From: Spironucleus salmonicida
Lineage: Eukaryota
Direction of reading: 5' to 3'
Length of the DNA: 64,000 nucleotides
Assembly (NCBI RefSeq): GCF_000497125.1
Contig: NC_090601.1
Coordinates: 1,550,001 to 1,614,000 of the forward strand
Shown in pieces: positions 1-12,017 of this stretch; position 1 is the first letter of the stretch, and each line of letters begins with the position of its first letter. The notes under the pieces were generated by a model. It did not search any database. It was not told where the DNA came from and saw only the letters and a list, made by a program, of their open reading frames with translations. The position numbers and the translations under genes were made by a program.

Positions 1-2
1 TA

Positions 3-1613
3 AAGTCATTGCATTTGACATTTCATAAAACACGTGAACAAGCTTTTTTAATTCTTGAGAAACTCGTTCTGGCAGGGTTTTTTGAAGAAAATCTGACAGC
101 TGCGAAGCAGATTTTTCTAAAAATATAGACACTAAAATATGACTAAGTTAGTGACGTCAGAGTCGCAGGATTTCGTTGCAGCAACCTTTTTAAGGAGTTT
201 TTAAGCACAAAAATGAGCTAATTTATCGATGATTTTGATGCTAAAAACGAACCTAAAAAATGTAGTTTTAGGGAATTTCGGGATCGAATTAGCTGTGTTG
301 ATAGAAATGCCAAAAGAAACGGTCTTAACAAGTTTAATGAGGTAGAAGAAAGAAGGAAATAAGAGGATGGGGTTGATGATTTTGGTTAATGGAAAGCGGA
401 AATCAATAAAATAAAATAAGTCTAAATGGAATAAAAAGTAGAGAAAGTTGAAAAATCACAAGACTAGCTTGAAAGTTTTAGTTATAAAGAGTAATAGGAG
501 GAAACTTATGAAAATATTGAAGAGAGTGGAGATGTTGAAACTGAAGGTATAGTAAGCAAAACTATAAGTGATGTCGAGGAAGAAACTATACAAGAATAAG
601 AAGATGAGCATGGCAGCTCTAGTGGGTTGTCTGAGGATTCAGCGAAGATTATATCATATAAAGCTGATAATAATGATTTTGTAGAAGCTTTCACGCCAGA
701 ACAAGAAATTCTTTCTGTATTGCGAGGCAGTAGCTAGAATACTGAATATTATGGTGATTTGCCGATTGAAGGAGAAGTTAATTCGATACTTAGTAGTGTT
801 AAATCAAATAAAACTGGCCCGCCATCATCTATTTTATCACCTTCAAACCCATCTAAAATTATGTTTGATAGTAGTTCAAATTAAAAATCATAATAAGAAG
901 TTACTTTGTAAAGTTCTATTTAACATTACCCTGAACAGAAAAATTTATAGAATTTTAGTAGTATACAACCAGTTGATAGTATGTTTTAATCAGTTTAACA
1001 TTCAATTAATTAATCTGATTTAAATGAATAATTAAAGAATCAAATTATGGATTCTTAAAAGGAGTTTCTAAATAAATAGCAGCTTTTAGCTCCTATACCA
1101 AAGACAAAAATAGAAAAATAACTATAAAAATATTAAAATACAAGTACTTAAAATTTAAAATTAACAGCTAGTCAAAAAATTAAAGTATCTAGAAGTTTTG
1201 TTCCATAAGTTTAAACTACATTTGGGGTAGTGGCATTGTAGTTGATTGAGAAGGGAAGAATTTTAGAGGCTTATTAAATTATTTTAAGTACAGAAGCTTT
1301 ATCGAATAAAAATTATTAAAAAGAGTTGCTTCAAGTTATGAATAGAACTGGACCGTGCTTATAAATGTTAGATGAAGAGTTAAGCATACAGCTAATAGAA
1401 GAAATAATAAAGTTGTTAAAAGATGGATTTGTGGATTAAATGTTGGAATGGATTAGGTAAGTACTAATAAAACGATATTTGCTTAAATTTGAATAGGGTA
1501 GCTAGATCTTGGCTAGTTTAATGAAAATTTGGGCTGGACATCCTAGATGGAGCGAAATTGAGCAACTCAAGCAAGAAGTATATTTATATTTCCCATAGTT
1601 ATCTGATTATTGA
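3..1613 (+). CDS. 5'-truncated HEAT/TOG-like protein, TORTIFOLIA1/SPIRAL2-like
   Basis: Code-6 frame open from the window start to TGA at 1611. N-part 'LKYDQVSDVR', acidic/Ser-rich linker, C-part 'GRILEAYQIIL...LLQVMNRTGPCLQML' resembling the TOR1/SPR2 C-terminal motif. Confidence 0.55.
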
Positions 1614-1706
1614 ATATTTATAGATCAATTGTTTGTATACTGTATAATTTTAAAATAGTAGCAGAATTATATTATATGATAAATAATAATTTAATACTCC
1701 ATAAAA

Positions 1707-2357
1707 ATGGAATCCGCTCTAGATCTAGCACTTTCCAATATTTACAAATACCACTCATCGGAAACGTTTGTTAATATTAAAAAATATGCTATGGAGAGTA
1801 TTTAAGAATATGCGTAATTGATAAATGATAATTTATCGTCATAAATGATTGGATTCACCAAAGACGAAAAAATTTAGATTGTATGTCCACATTCTAAGCA
1901 TTAAGTTAAAATTTAGGATTTTTAAGTTTGGCATGATAATGTAGTGAAACTTGTCTAAGATATCATTGAGCCGAAAAGTGAAAGCAATTCCGTTTAATCT
2001 TCATCCTCTGGGTCAAAATAAAAATGGTCATAACAAGAAGAATAAGTGCTAGAAGATCTGATTGAGAAGTTTCAAGACAAAAAAATAGTTTAAAAGGAGT
2101 TTTAATCAAAAACTGGTACTAAAAAATCTATTTCATCTATCTATTAACATTGGAATCGCGTTCAAAATCCTACCATTTAGAAAGGACGATTCAAAACATA
2201 AGAGGACTTAATTGTTATTTAAGGTTACAATAATAATTTGTCAACCTCATAAATAGCGGCATAACTTTCGTGTAGAACTCCAAAACAGGTCCTTAATAGA
2301 TTTTATACTCTAAATTTGAAAGAAAATCCAAACTATAATATTATCAATGACTAGTGA
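1707..2357 (+). CDS. Myb-domain (two-repeat) DNA-binding protein
   Basis: 'KWSQQEEQVL...YQHWNRVQNPTIQKGRFKTQEDLIVI...IAAQLSCRTPKQVLNRF'; ends at AGTGA. Confidence 0.85.
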
Positions 2358-2368
2358 CTATTCATCTT

Positions 2369-3457
2369 TCACTTCTCATCTTCAGAGCTCAGTTCTATTA
2401 CCTTAAAGGTTCTCTGAAATTTAAGTTCTCTGTTCAAATATAAATCTTCAATATGTAACCGTTACTGTCGGTTCTTTTCCACTATATTTTTCTACGCTAG
2501 GAAGATATTTTATGTCGTTTTTATGTTTTATATGCCATATTGACTGGATTTAGTACTTGTATTAATCTCACATTAAATAGATTACTAAGATGTTAAAATC
2601 TTATCCATAAATTCTGTTTAAGTCGATGCTTCCTCTAAATTACTCTATTTTTGATTAATAAATTTTAAATTCGTGTCAGTTATATTTATGCCAGATTATA
2701 AATATTCTTTAGAAGATGTTATAATATCATTGGCTATTGGAGAATTGATTGATTCTTATAAATCATTAATTATCATTTAGCATTGCTAATAAGGTGGTTA
2801 AGTTTATGAATCAATAATATTAATTTTGATTAATTTTATATTTTATAAATTATCATTCAACAAATTTAAATATGATTCCAAAATTGTTTCAGACTCTTTT
2901 TTAGCTTCATTTTCAATGGTTAACTCTTAAATTTGACGTTTAATTTTTATAGAAAAGTCTTAAAATTATGAATCCTGATTCATGATAATTTAATTTTAAT
3001 GCTAAATTTTGGAGATAAATTAATCATTTTAAATTTCAAGTTTATCGATAAGAATAAGATGCTGGTCAAGTTCTTGGGTTGCCTATTAAAGTGCTAAAGT
3101 TTACTGCAAATTTTCATGCTTTGTTGTTATACTTTGAGAAGCTTATATATCGATTTTTGCATTCATCACATTTACATCATTTTAAAGGACTGAAAGCTCG
3201 TTATTAAGGCATTATTACGATTTTGATTTAATTTTCAGCTAATTTTCTAAAATATTTATTTTATTTTGTTAAGTTTCATACATTTAAGAGATATATTATA
3301 AATCTTGGGATAGTTGCTATATTTCTATGTTTTAATTGAAGACAGATTACTGTAGATCTAAATTCTCTTATTTTAGATTTTAATTTTGTAACTAATAATT
3401 ATTAGAATGCTAAATCTGAAAATCAATTTTTTACAAATGAGAAGTTATCATTTCCAT
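2369..3457 (-). CDS. Hypothetical coiled-coil protein (362 aa)
   Basis: Code-6 ORF from ATG to AGTGA, Q/E/K-rich. Confidence 0.7.
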
Positions 3458-3563
3458 TTTTTAATTTATATATTAATTTATGACTAAATAACGATTATTA
3501 TTTATTTTATTTAATATCAAATTATTAATTGCAATAGTTCCTTGATTGTTTAACTTCCGCAAA

Positions 3564-4172
3564 ATGGATTATTATTAGGATGCAACTGCTCCAGGTCCCG
3601 CAGCTTATAACCCTAATGTAAATACTACTAGAAAAGCTGCCCCATCAATAAGTATAGGTAATAAGCTTAAAGATACTGCTATAAATAAAGTTCCTGGTCC
3701 AGGCACATATGTTACGAATTTTGATATAATTAACCACCGTAAGCCTTCATATACTATAGGAAGTAAATTCATAGTTAAAGATTATAAATAGGTTCCAGGT
3801 CCAGGAGCATACCATGCATAATAGGTTTAGTCACATTCATGTATATCAATAGCAAATAGGTTATAAGATATAAAACACGATGATACTCCTGGAGTTGGTA
3901 CTTACGATACAAATTATCTTATTTAAGGTCCAAAATTCACGTTTGGAGGAAAGAATTATATTAATAATAAGGATATTGTTCCAGGCCCAGGTGCTTATAC
4001 ACCTATTATAATTAAAAAATCTACAGAGTTGCATATCTGTGGGAGGTATAAGGATGTTCAATAGAGTATGGTACCAGGCCCTGGAACTTATGAGCCTAGT
4101 AGAATTAAAAAAAGTGGGGGAATTAGTTTGTCTGGAAGGACTAAAAGAGCATGGAGAGGTGGGGATTGGTGA
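3564..4172 (+). CDS. SHIPPO/ODF3-like PG-rich repeat axonemal protein
   Basis: Repeated PGPGxY motifs (PGPAAY, PGPGTY, PGPGAY, PGVGTY, PGPGAY, PGPGTY). Confidence 0.9.
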
Positions 4173-4279
4173 TATTATTTGTATACTTATTCATTTTAGT
4201 TTTTTTAAACTAGTCTTACTACTAAGACATGTCAAGTACAAAAAATTGAAATAATAAATAAACAAATTAATATCAATTA

Positions 4280-4549
4280 TCACTGAATGTTGTTTTTCCT
4301 TTTAAAAGTTTAAATAGCACTATAAGGTTACTAGCGAGCTTTGGTAAGCTATTTTTTAGTAAATTGACATAAAAAGTCTAAGAGAACTTCATCGTTAAAT
4401 TCATGATGCTATTTAAAAACTGTGACAATTTAAGATTAATAATCTTCATCCAATGTTAAATAATATGGTATTATTGTGTCAGGCTTTCGTTATAAATTCA
4501 TTGCCACTCGGCTTAGCGTTGATTACTTTGACCCAGTGAAACGTCCCAT
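4280..4549 (-). CDS. Hypothetical protein (89 aa)
   Basis: MGRFTGSK... code-6 ORF ending at AGTGA. Confidence 0.6.
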
Positions 4550-4592
4550 TAAAGTGGAAAAAAATATGATTAATCAATATTCTATATAATAC

Positions 4593-5366
4593 TCATTATT
4601 CATAAACTTTCCACCAGTTGTTCCATTTATTTTTCATACATTTCATTTCAATATCAATCAATTCTACATGATCTGAATAGCAGATAATAGAAGCATCAGC
4701 AATTGATTTCATTGCTTGAAATAAAATTTATCGATTTTGAAATGTATTTTTTAGATCCAATGTATTCTTATTAAGTACCATAGAAATAAAATTTTATGTT
4801 TCCAAAAAGTATGGTTCATAGCTTTCTGAGTGGATATAAGAATAAAACTCATTAAGCTAAATTAAAAAACCATTGTAAAATGAATAAAAATCTAGTAGAA
4901 GCGTACAAATTTTAGCTATGTTTGGATTATTTAAGTATATTGCTCCTAGATCTAAATCACAATCTATTAACTATATATATTTACCCATCTTTTAAAGTTA
5001 AAATTAGGGATTTTATCGTGTTTTTAACAGAAATAATAATTTTTGGCTGTCATGAGCATTAATATTTTTGGCACGTTTTGTGTAGTTAAATAGTTAATCA
5101 TTTTTATATAACGCTGGCGACTTTGGTTTAATAATTATACATTTCATAGTTTTAACCTAGAGTTTCCTAGTCAAAGAATTGAGTTTCTAGTTAGCCAGTG
5201 CTTCACATTTTTTGAGAATACTATCGTCATGAAAAGGAGTAAAGGAATTATGAAACTCAGAATATATACAAAATCTAGGATATAGTAAGTTGACATGAGC
5301 GATACGATAAATCCATGTATTATCAGTGAACACAATGTTTTAGCAACCCTTTCCAAGAAGAATCAT
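4593..5366 (-). CDS. Inositol-pentakisphosphate 2-kinase (IPK1)-like, compact 257 aa
   Basis: 'LLGKGCQNIVF' (GEGxxN.V), 'CIIIKPKSP' (EIKPK), 'SIADASII...LIDIEMK' (DCSI...DLDxK), in IPK1 order. Confidence 0.55.
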
Positions 5367-5449
5367 TTGAGTGTCAAAAGAAATTTTAGTAATATTATAT
5401 CATATATCTAATAAATTTCACTAGAATTTCCTTTTCCCTTTAAAGTCAA

Positions 5450-7021
5450 ATGGATCAGTAAACTTAAATGTAAGTTCTTAAGTAAGGATCTACTTAGGAG
5501 AAAGGAGAAGATGCTCGTTTATCAACATTAGTAGGTGCTATTGCTATTTCAGATATGGTAAAAACTACTCTTGGTCCTTCCGGTATGGATAAAATTCTTC
5601 AGTCTATTTAAGGTGGTGTTAGGATCACTAACGATGGCGCTACTATTTTAAAATCAGTTGTTATCGAAAATGCAGCAGCACGTGTATTGATTGACATCTC
5701 TCGTGTTCAAGATGAGACTGCAGGAGATGGTACAACATCAGTTTGTGTTCTTGCAGGTGAGCTTCTTAAACAAGCAAAAATACTTCTTGATGATCGTGTT
5801 CACCCTATGACTGTTGTTGAAGGTTATAGAAAGTCAGCTGATGCCGCTCGTACTCGTTTGTTAGAGATTTCTGAAACTTCATCTGACATCAAAGCTGATT
5901 TGCTTAAAATTGCTAGAACTACTATGGGGTCTAAAGTTTTATCTAACTGTTAAGAACTTTTCGCATAACTTGCTGTTGACGCCGTTCTTAAATTATAAGG
6001 TTCAACTGATTTAAAGCATGTTTAAATTTTGAAAAAAGCTGGTGGTGTGCTTACTGACTCATATTTAGATTCTGGGTTTATTTTAGATAAAAAAATTGGT
6101 CAAGGTTGTCCTAAATAAATTTCGTAAGCTAAGATTCTTTTAGCTAATACTGCTTTAGATCAAGATAAGATCAAAATCCAAGGCTCTTCTGTAAAAGTAG
6201 ATTCCCATCAAAAACTTGAAGATATTTAGTAAGCTGAACGTCAAAGAATGTTGAATAAATGTGAGAAAATTATATCGCATGATTGCAACGTATTCATCAA
6301 CAGATAACTTATCTATGATATCCCTACTAATCAATTTGCTAAATCAAAAATACTGTCGATCGAAAATGCTGAATTCGAAAATATTGACCGTTTATCTTTA
6401 GTTCTTGATAATGCTGATATAGTATCAACATTTGATACTCCCAATGCTGTTAAATTAGGTACATGCGAACTCGTGGAAGAAATCATGATTGGTGATGATA
6501 AACTCATTCGTTTCTCTGGTTTACCTAATTCTAAAGCTTCTACAATCGTACTCAGAGGTGCATCTGGTCATATTTTAGATGAGGCCGAACGCTCTCTTCA
6601 TGATGCATTATGCGTTGTTTCGTAAACAATTGATAAACATAATCGTGTTATTCTAGGAGCTGGTGTTGCTGAAACTGAGATGGCTAATGCTGTTGAAGAG
6701 GCGAGCAGAAAATAATCTGGAAAGATAGCTTTGTGCATGATGTCGTTTGCTACTGCTTTAAGATAATTACCTGCTATCGTTGCTAGTAATGGTGGTTTTG
6801 ACGGATAAGAATTATAAGCCGTGTTAAGAAATAAGCATTTTGAAGGTTAGAAAGATATTGGTCTTGACATGATTAAAGGTGGTGTCTGTGATGTCAGAAA
6901 GTTAGGTATCTATGAAAGCTGTTGGATGAAAGAGCATGTTTTAATTTACGCTAGTGAAGCGGCAGAACAAATTTTAAGGGTTGATAGCATAATAAATTGT
7001 GCTCCAAGAAAGCAGGATTGA
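5450..7021 (+). CDS. CCT2: T-complex protein 1 subunit beta (CCT2)
   Basis: '[23 protein letters not shown]', 'TNDGATIL', 'GDGTTSV', 'FINRQLIYD', C-term '[14 protein letters not shown]'; many in-frame TAA/TAG at Gln positions. Confidence 0.95.
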
Positions 7022-7065
7022 GTTTTTGTGGTATATATTTATTATATAAAATAAAATAATTTTAA

Positions 7066-7650
7066 ATGGAATTTAGAGCATTAGATAATGAAATATATTA
7101 GCTACTTGTGGAATCTCTTAATAACAATGAAATACCAGACTAAGCTTTAAAGATGCTAGAAACTTACTAGAGTTAGCTTCAAAATATTGTAGTTGATAAT
7201 GAAGTGATTGTTCCAATAGCAAAACCAATAAGTTAAGAAAATGCTGAGAACTTATTGGATGCAGAAGATTAGCCTTCATGTAATACTCCATATGCTACTA
7301 AAGTTAATGAGTTACTAAATCTAAATAGTTAATACTTTAATCTTCAAACCCAAGCGGAAGGGGCTATTTCACCTAGTTTATTATTAGTAGCTGCAGCTGC
7401 GGCATCTTGTCCATAAGATGAACAAAATCAAGAACTAATATAAATCTTTGGTGAATAAGCAGGTTCAAATTTTGATGTTTATAGTACCATGCATGAGGTT
7501 CTTGGTAGCATAGATGGGGCAGTAGAGTTCACAGAGTTTACCAGGTACTAATGTGGTCATATTATACCAGATAGTGTGGTTGGAGATTGCCCAATTTGTT
7601 AGAGAGGCAGAGATAATGTTTATAAAATAGTACCAAAGAGTTCAAAGTGA
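7066..7650 (+). CDS. Hypothetical protein with C-terminal Cys/His cluster (CGH...CPIC)
   Basis: Code-6 ORF ending at AGTGA; 'YQCGHIIPDSVVGDCPICQ'. Confidence 0.7.
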
Positions 7651-7674
7651 TAATTTATTTAATTTTTAATAAAA

Positions 7675-7947
7675 TCACTTATACAGCCTGATACCATCTA
7701 ATACTATTGCAACATACGTGGGCTATTCGATTATTTTCTCTAATGGTAATGATAAATCATTTTTAATTTCTACAGAGATTCCTGAGTCGGAGTCTATATA
7801 AATTTAGTTAAATCCGTTTCTAATAATACGAATATTCCGGGACTATAGATTGATAAAATATTTATTATTAATACTTATTAGGTTGCCTATTTGCTCAAAT
7901 TATGCATCAAATTATTTTTTGTTCTTAGTACATTTGCAAATTGGCAT
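7675..7947 (-). CDS. Hypothetical protein (90 aa)
   Basis: MPICKCTK... ORF ending at AGTGA. Confidence 0.55.
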
Positions 7948-8161
7948 TTTAAATATAAAATTATCCGTATATAGAATATATATTATCACTATTTTTGAAT
8001 GTGGTTTACAAATGCTAATTAAACTGGATACTATATAGTTTATGTTCGATATTACTTAATTGCAATTATGAGCAAAGAAGATAAAATTATATAGTATTAT
8101 AACTAGATTACTTAATATTTCACAAAGAAATAAAAACTATCTTTCCAATGAGAGGATAAAA

Positions 8162-8671
8162 TCAGACCTATTAAACTTCTTTAATCCCTTCTACAAATTC
8201 AACTGCTAACCTCTCTATTAAATTTTTAATGGTTCCTGTACTACTAGGACAGCTACCACATGCACCTGTTAGTTTAAGATATGCTATGCCTTCTTTAATT
8301 TCTAAGAGCTCGCAGCTTCCACCATCTCTGTTTAAAATAGGCCAAATTGCACTTCTTAGTAATTAATTAAAAGCACCTTTAGTATCTTTCCCATATTTAT
8401 TTATTTTTGTAATCATTTCTTCCGTAGAATTTACAAAGTCTGGGTTAAGGTGTTTTTATAAGGATTCAAATGCTAATTCTTTGTCTTCTGGCTTCTTCAT
8501 TGTAAAAGTTACTGATTGGTTTGTAATTTTCAAAGACTTAAGTGATTTAAGTTCATTTTTTAATGGTGTAAATAAAGAATTTGGAATTTCAACATCAGGC
8601 GATAACTATATTTTAGAAGGGGATGGTTTAAATTCAACAATCTAAAACGTACGTTATGGAAGTGTGAGCAT
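8162..8671 (-). CDS. NFU1: NifU C-terminal domain Fe-S cluster carrier (Nfu1)
   Basis: '[15 protein letters not shown]...[23 protein letters not shown]' (CxxC Nfu motif). Confidence 0.92.
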
Positions 8672-8812
8672 TTTTAGAAGGAAATATTTTTTGTATATTA
8701 TGAACTATACAAACTACTATTTTACATATAGTAATAATATAGAACTTTTTATAAATCTATATTATTATATTAATAATATTTAAAACTCTGACCACTTTAA
8801 AATTACGCAAAA

Positions 8813-9208
8813 ATGACTTAAATGATGCATTTTGCAGATTGGGTTGAGCACCTTGCAATATTATACAGAGACTAATGTGCTGGTATATTTATAGTATCTG
8901 ATATTGAATCGGCAGGGTATTGTTACTAATCAAAATCTTTTACAGGTCCTGATGTACCTTAAATTTTTGAAGTTGGGCAGCTGGTTGAGCACTTAAAATC
9001 AAGTGGAATAAATTTTAATTGGTAAAAATTTGACTACGTTGAAGAGATGTCGACAGGTCATTTAATTTTAGGTAATGAACAGGAAACACTAGTTTGTAAG
9101 CTGGACTAAGATTTACAGGTGATTGTTGGTGTTACCGTTTCTATTTTAAAGAAAGGAATAGCATAAGAAATTAGCGACGTTATTATTTAAATGCTGTCAG
9201 AAGAATGA
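8813..9208 (+). CDS. Putative divergent profilin-like protein (131 aa)
   Basis: Profilin-like length and pattern: N-terminal Trp helix, 'LKSSGINFNWQKFDYV', 'VIVGVT...KGIAQEISDVIIQML'. Confidence 0.5.
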
Positions 9209-9404
9209 TATTGGTTTTAAATTTATATAGTTTTCGTTTAAATTACTTTGAGTGGGACTGATCCCTTTAATACAAAGTTGCAACTTGGTAATAATATACA
9301 ATGCTAAGAAAATATAGGACTGTTCAATTTTTACAATATTATATTATTATTAGTATAATATTTATATATAATTAAATTAATTTTTTGTTTCCACTCCATT
9401 TGTC

Positions 9405-10034
9405 ATGCAGAACAAGACCTATTATGCTATGTACATTGATGAATGCATCGCTGAAGCCGAACTCCACGAGTTCTTCAAACGCGAACTTCGTGATGCTGGT
9501 TATTCTGGCTGCTCTTTCCGTCGTGCTTTCAACCAGGTTGAAATCACCATCAAAGTTGGCGAACCTTAGATCGTTTGGGGTGAAAACTACGAGAGAATCC
9601 ACCAGATAGAATCTGTCATTGCCCTTAGACTCAACCTTCCCCTCAATGCCGTCTCCATCTTCACTGACAAGATAATGTTCCGTGGTCTCTCTGCTGATAT
9701 CCTCTGTGACCAGCTTTCTGCTAAGCTCATGGACCAGGTACCCATCCGTTAAGCTGCCATGTCTGTTATCAAGTCTGCCATGCGTGCTAAGGCTGCTGGT
9801 TGCCAGGTTATTATTTCTGGTAAATTAAGACAACAGCGTGCTAACTCCCAGAAGTACAAAGAAGGTATCATCGTTACCGCTGGTCAGCCTGGTAAGGAAT
9901 TCGTAGATCGTGCCATCCGTCACATCAAGATGAGATAAGGTGTTATCGGTATTCAGATTTAGGTATTCAACCCTAATGCAAGGAACCAGTTCGGCAGAGT
10001 CTTAGTCATGCCTGATTACGTAGAAGTCCTCTGA
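9405..10034 (+). CDS. RPS3: 40S ribosomal protein S3
   Basis: 'AELHEFFKRELRDAGYSG', 'GCQVIISGKLRQQRA', 'RQGVIGIQI'; high-expression codon bias. Confidence 0.95.
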
Positions 10035-10084
10035 TTTATTAATTGATTACTATTTAAATTTTATTATATTTCTTTCCTCAAATA

Positions 10085-10606
10085 ATGAAACTTGTCATCA
10101 CCTTTATTTTTTTATGCTTCCCGCTACTTTTTATCGTTTAAAAACAATAGAAATAAACTAAACTTTGTGTTACCTTCCTGCACAATCTAGAAAACCCCTC
10201 AACCGACTTTTAAGAGCTCTCGTTTGCCCTGCTGGACAAATTCTAACTGGATGATTGGGAAACGGCTGGCTTCACAACGAACACCCCAATTCTAAAATCA
10301 ATTCGTTTTTCTATTCATATTCTGCAAAACACAAGTTTGCCATTCAAAATGAAGCATTTTTGCGACGAGGATTTCATCTGTCTGAACTTCAACCAGACGC
10401 TCAATAGAGCTGCAGAGGACCTGCTGAACGCATACAACAACCCGATTTTCGCGCTCCTGCACCCCCTCAACAATGCCCACGAAATCGAAAATTTCACTCG
10501 CCTGCTGGACCGGACCGTGCTGCGCTTCGAGCGATTCTGGTACCGGCAGGACGTCACGAACAACCTGGAATTCTGCAAGTTCTGGGCCCGCTGGTTCACT
10601 TCCTGA
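10085..10606 (+). CDS. Hypothetical protein with N-terminal signal anchor (173 aa)
   Basis: MKLVITFIFLCFPLLFIV... code-6 ORF; GC rises toward the 3' end. Confidence 0.7.
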
Positions 10607-11372
10607 GCGACTGCTTCTGCTTCATTTTGAGCTGCAGAGGCGACAGCGCGCGCATCCTCCCGCCCCGGAGCCCCACGTTCGCCAGCATCCGCACGGCATC
10701 GCGCTACATTTCCAGGCCCGCCGCAGGCCGGGGCTGGAAAACGAATTCCGCATCGCAGGCGCCAGCGGGCCCCGACAGCTGCGGCATTGCGTTATTGCAG
10801 CAAAAAGTGGACTCCGGAATCTCGATTTTCAGCCCCATAAACGGAAGGCGCTGCGGCTCTTGCAGTTCTTACAGTTCCTGCGCGCTCAGCTCCCCGCAGG
10901 ACGACGAGCTCGAAATGCTGGAATCGAACAGAGCGATCTGCGCGGTGCCCTGCTTTGCGAGCCCCGGCTCCTGCCGGAACGAGATGTTGCGCGCAAACTG
11001 GAATAGCTGGACGGTCTTTTTGCGCATTTCGGTGCCCCGGTCGTCGATTTCCGGCATCGGTGATTTGGAGTGAAAAGTCGATTTCTAACTCGATTCTCGA
11101 GCAGATTTCGGAGTGAGCAGGAGCGAGAAGTCGGTTTTTCCCTCTCCTTTTGCGGTTTTGGGGGCGAAAATCTCCAGAATTCGGTGCGAATCGGAGCCGA
11201 AAAGCGAGTTCGTGCGGGGATTGCGCGGGGACTCCGCGGTGTCCGAATAGGCGAACGACGGGAGCATGTCGTTGTACTCCGATTCGGAAATGTCGTAGTG
11301 CATCGCTTTTGCACAGTTGAGGATGTACTTGCGATCCTGGTTCTGGGCGGCGTTGAAGATGTTATTATCCAT
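10596..11372 (-). CDS. Hypothetical low-complexity protein (258 aa), GC-rich
   Basis: MDNNIFNAA... joins track ORFs 11085-11444 and 10869-11057 through TAG/TAA=Gln; ends at AGTGA. Confidence 0.75.
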
Positions 11373-12017
11373 TATTGGAGCGTTGTCGGATTGTAGATAA
11401 AAATATATATATTGATATTTTGTGGAAGTAACTCGTAAAAACACATTTTTTAATTGTTAAATTAATGTATAATAATAGTATAATAGAAATAAACACGTAG
11501 AAAATTTAAGATAAAGTTTGGATATAATAACATATAAATGCAAAAGTTTGGTTATCAAATTAGATGATCAGTTTTTGGATAAAATAATAGCATGAATCTA
11601 TATTCAAAAGTATAATAGTGAAGGCTAATGAGAGCTTAGTGGTTATTAAGTGAAAATTCATTAAATATGATTAATGGATTAAGATATAGGCTGAATCGTA
11701 CTAGTTGATGTAAGCTTAAGAATGAAAATAAATTTCAGATATAGTTTAGGATATGACACGTTGCTTTTGGGTACTGTTAATAATGAAAAGTTTCATTACG
11801 TTATTCTATGCATTTATTATGATGTCTTATAAGTTGATAATATATTTTATAAGTAAAAATTGGCTAGTTATAAATAGTTTGATATTAAAATGATATATAT
11901 GTTAGTCAGAATAGACTTAATAACTTGTGCTTATTGATAGTTGAGATTTTAAAATTAAAACATTATTTAAATAAGATGGTTTCCAAAAATGAAATTTAGT
12001 GAATAGTAACATGAATA

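Noticed and set aside
3590-4100. Recurring ccaggtcc/ccaggc motifs resembling a repeat array or CRISPR
   Set aside because: They encode PGPG peptide repeats of the SHIPPO-like protein.
5171-5356. Track ORF resembling a small membrane protein
   Set aside because: No ATG, TGA just upstream; alternate frame of the IPK1-like gene.
11373-12012. TGA-free minus-strand frame running into the 10596-11372 gene
   Set aside because: Very AT-rich with intergenic-like composition; long frames arise by chance with a single stop codon, and its ATG is only about 5 nt from the transporter stop.
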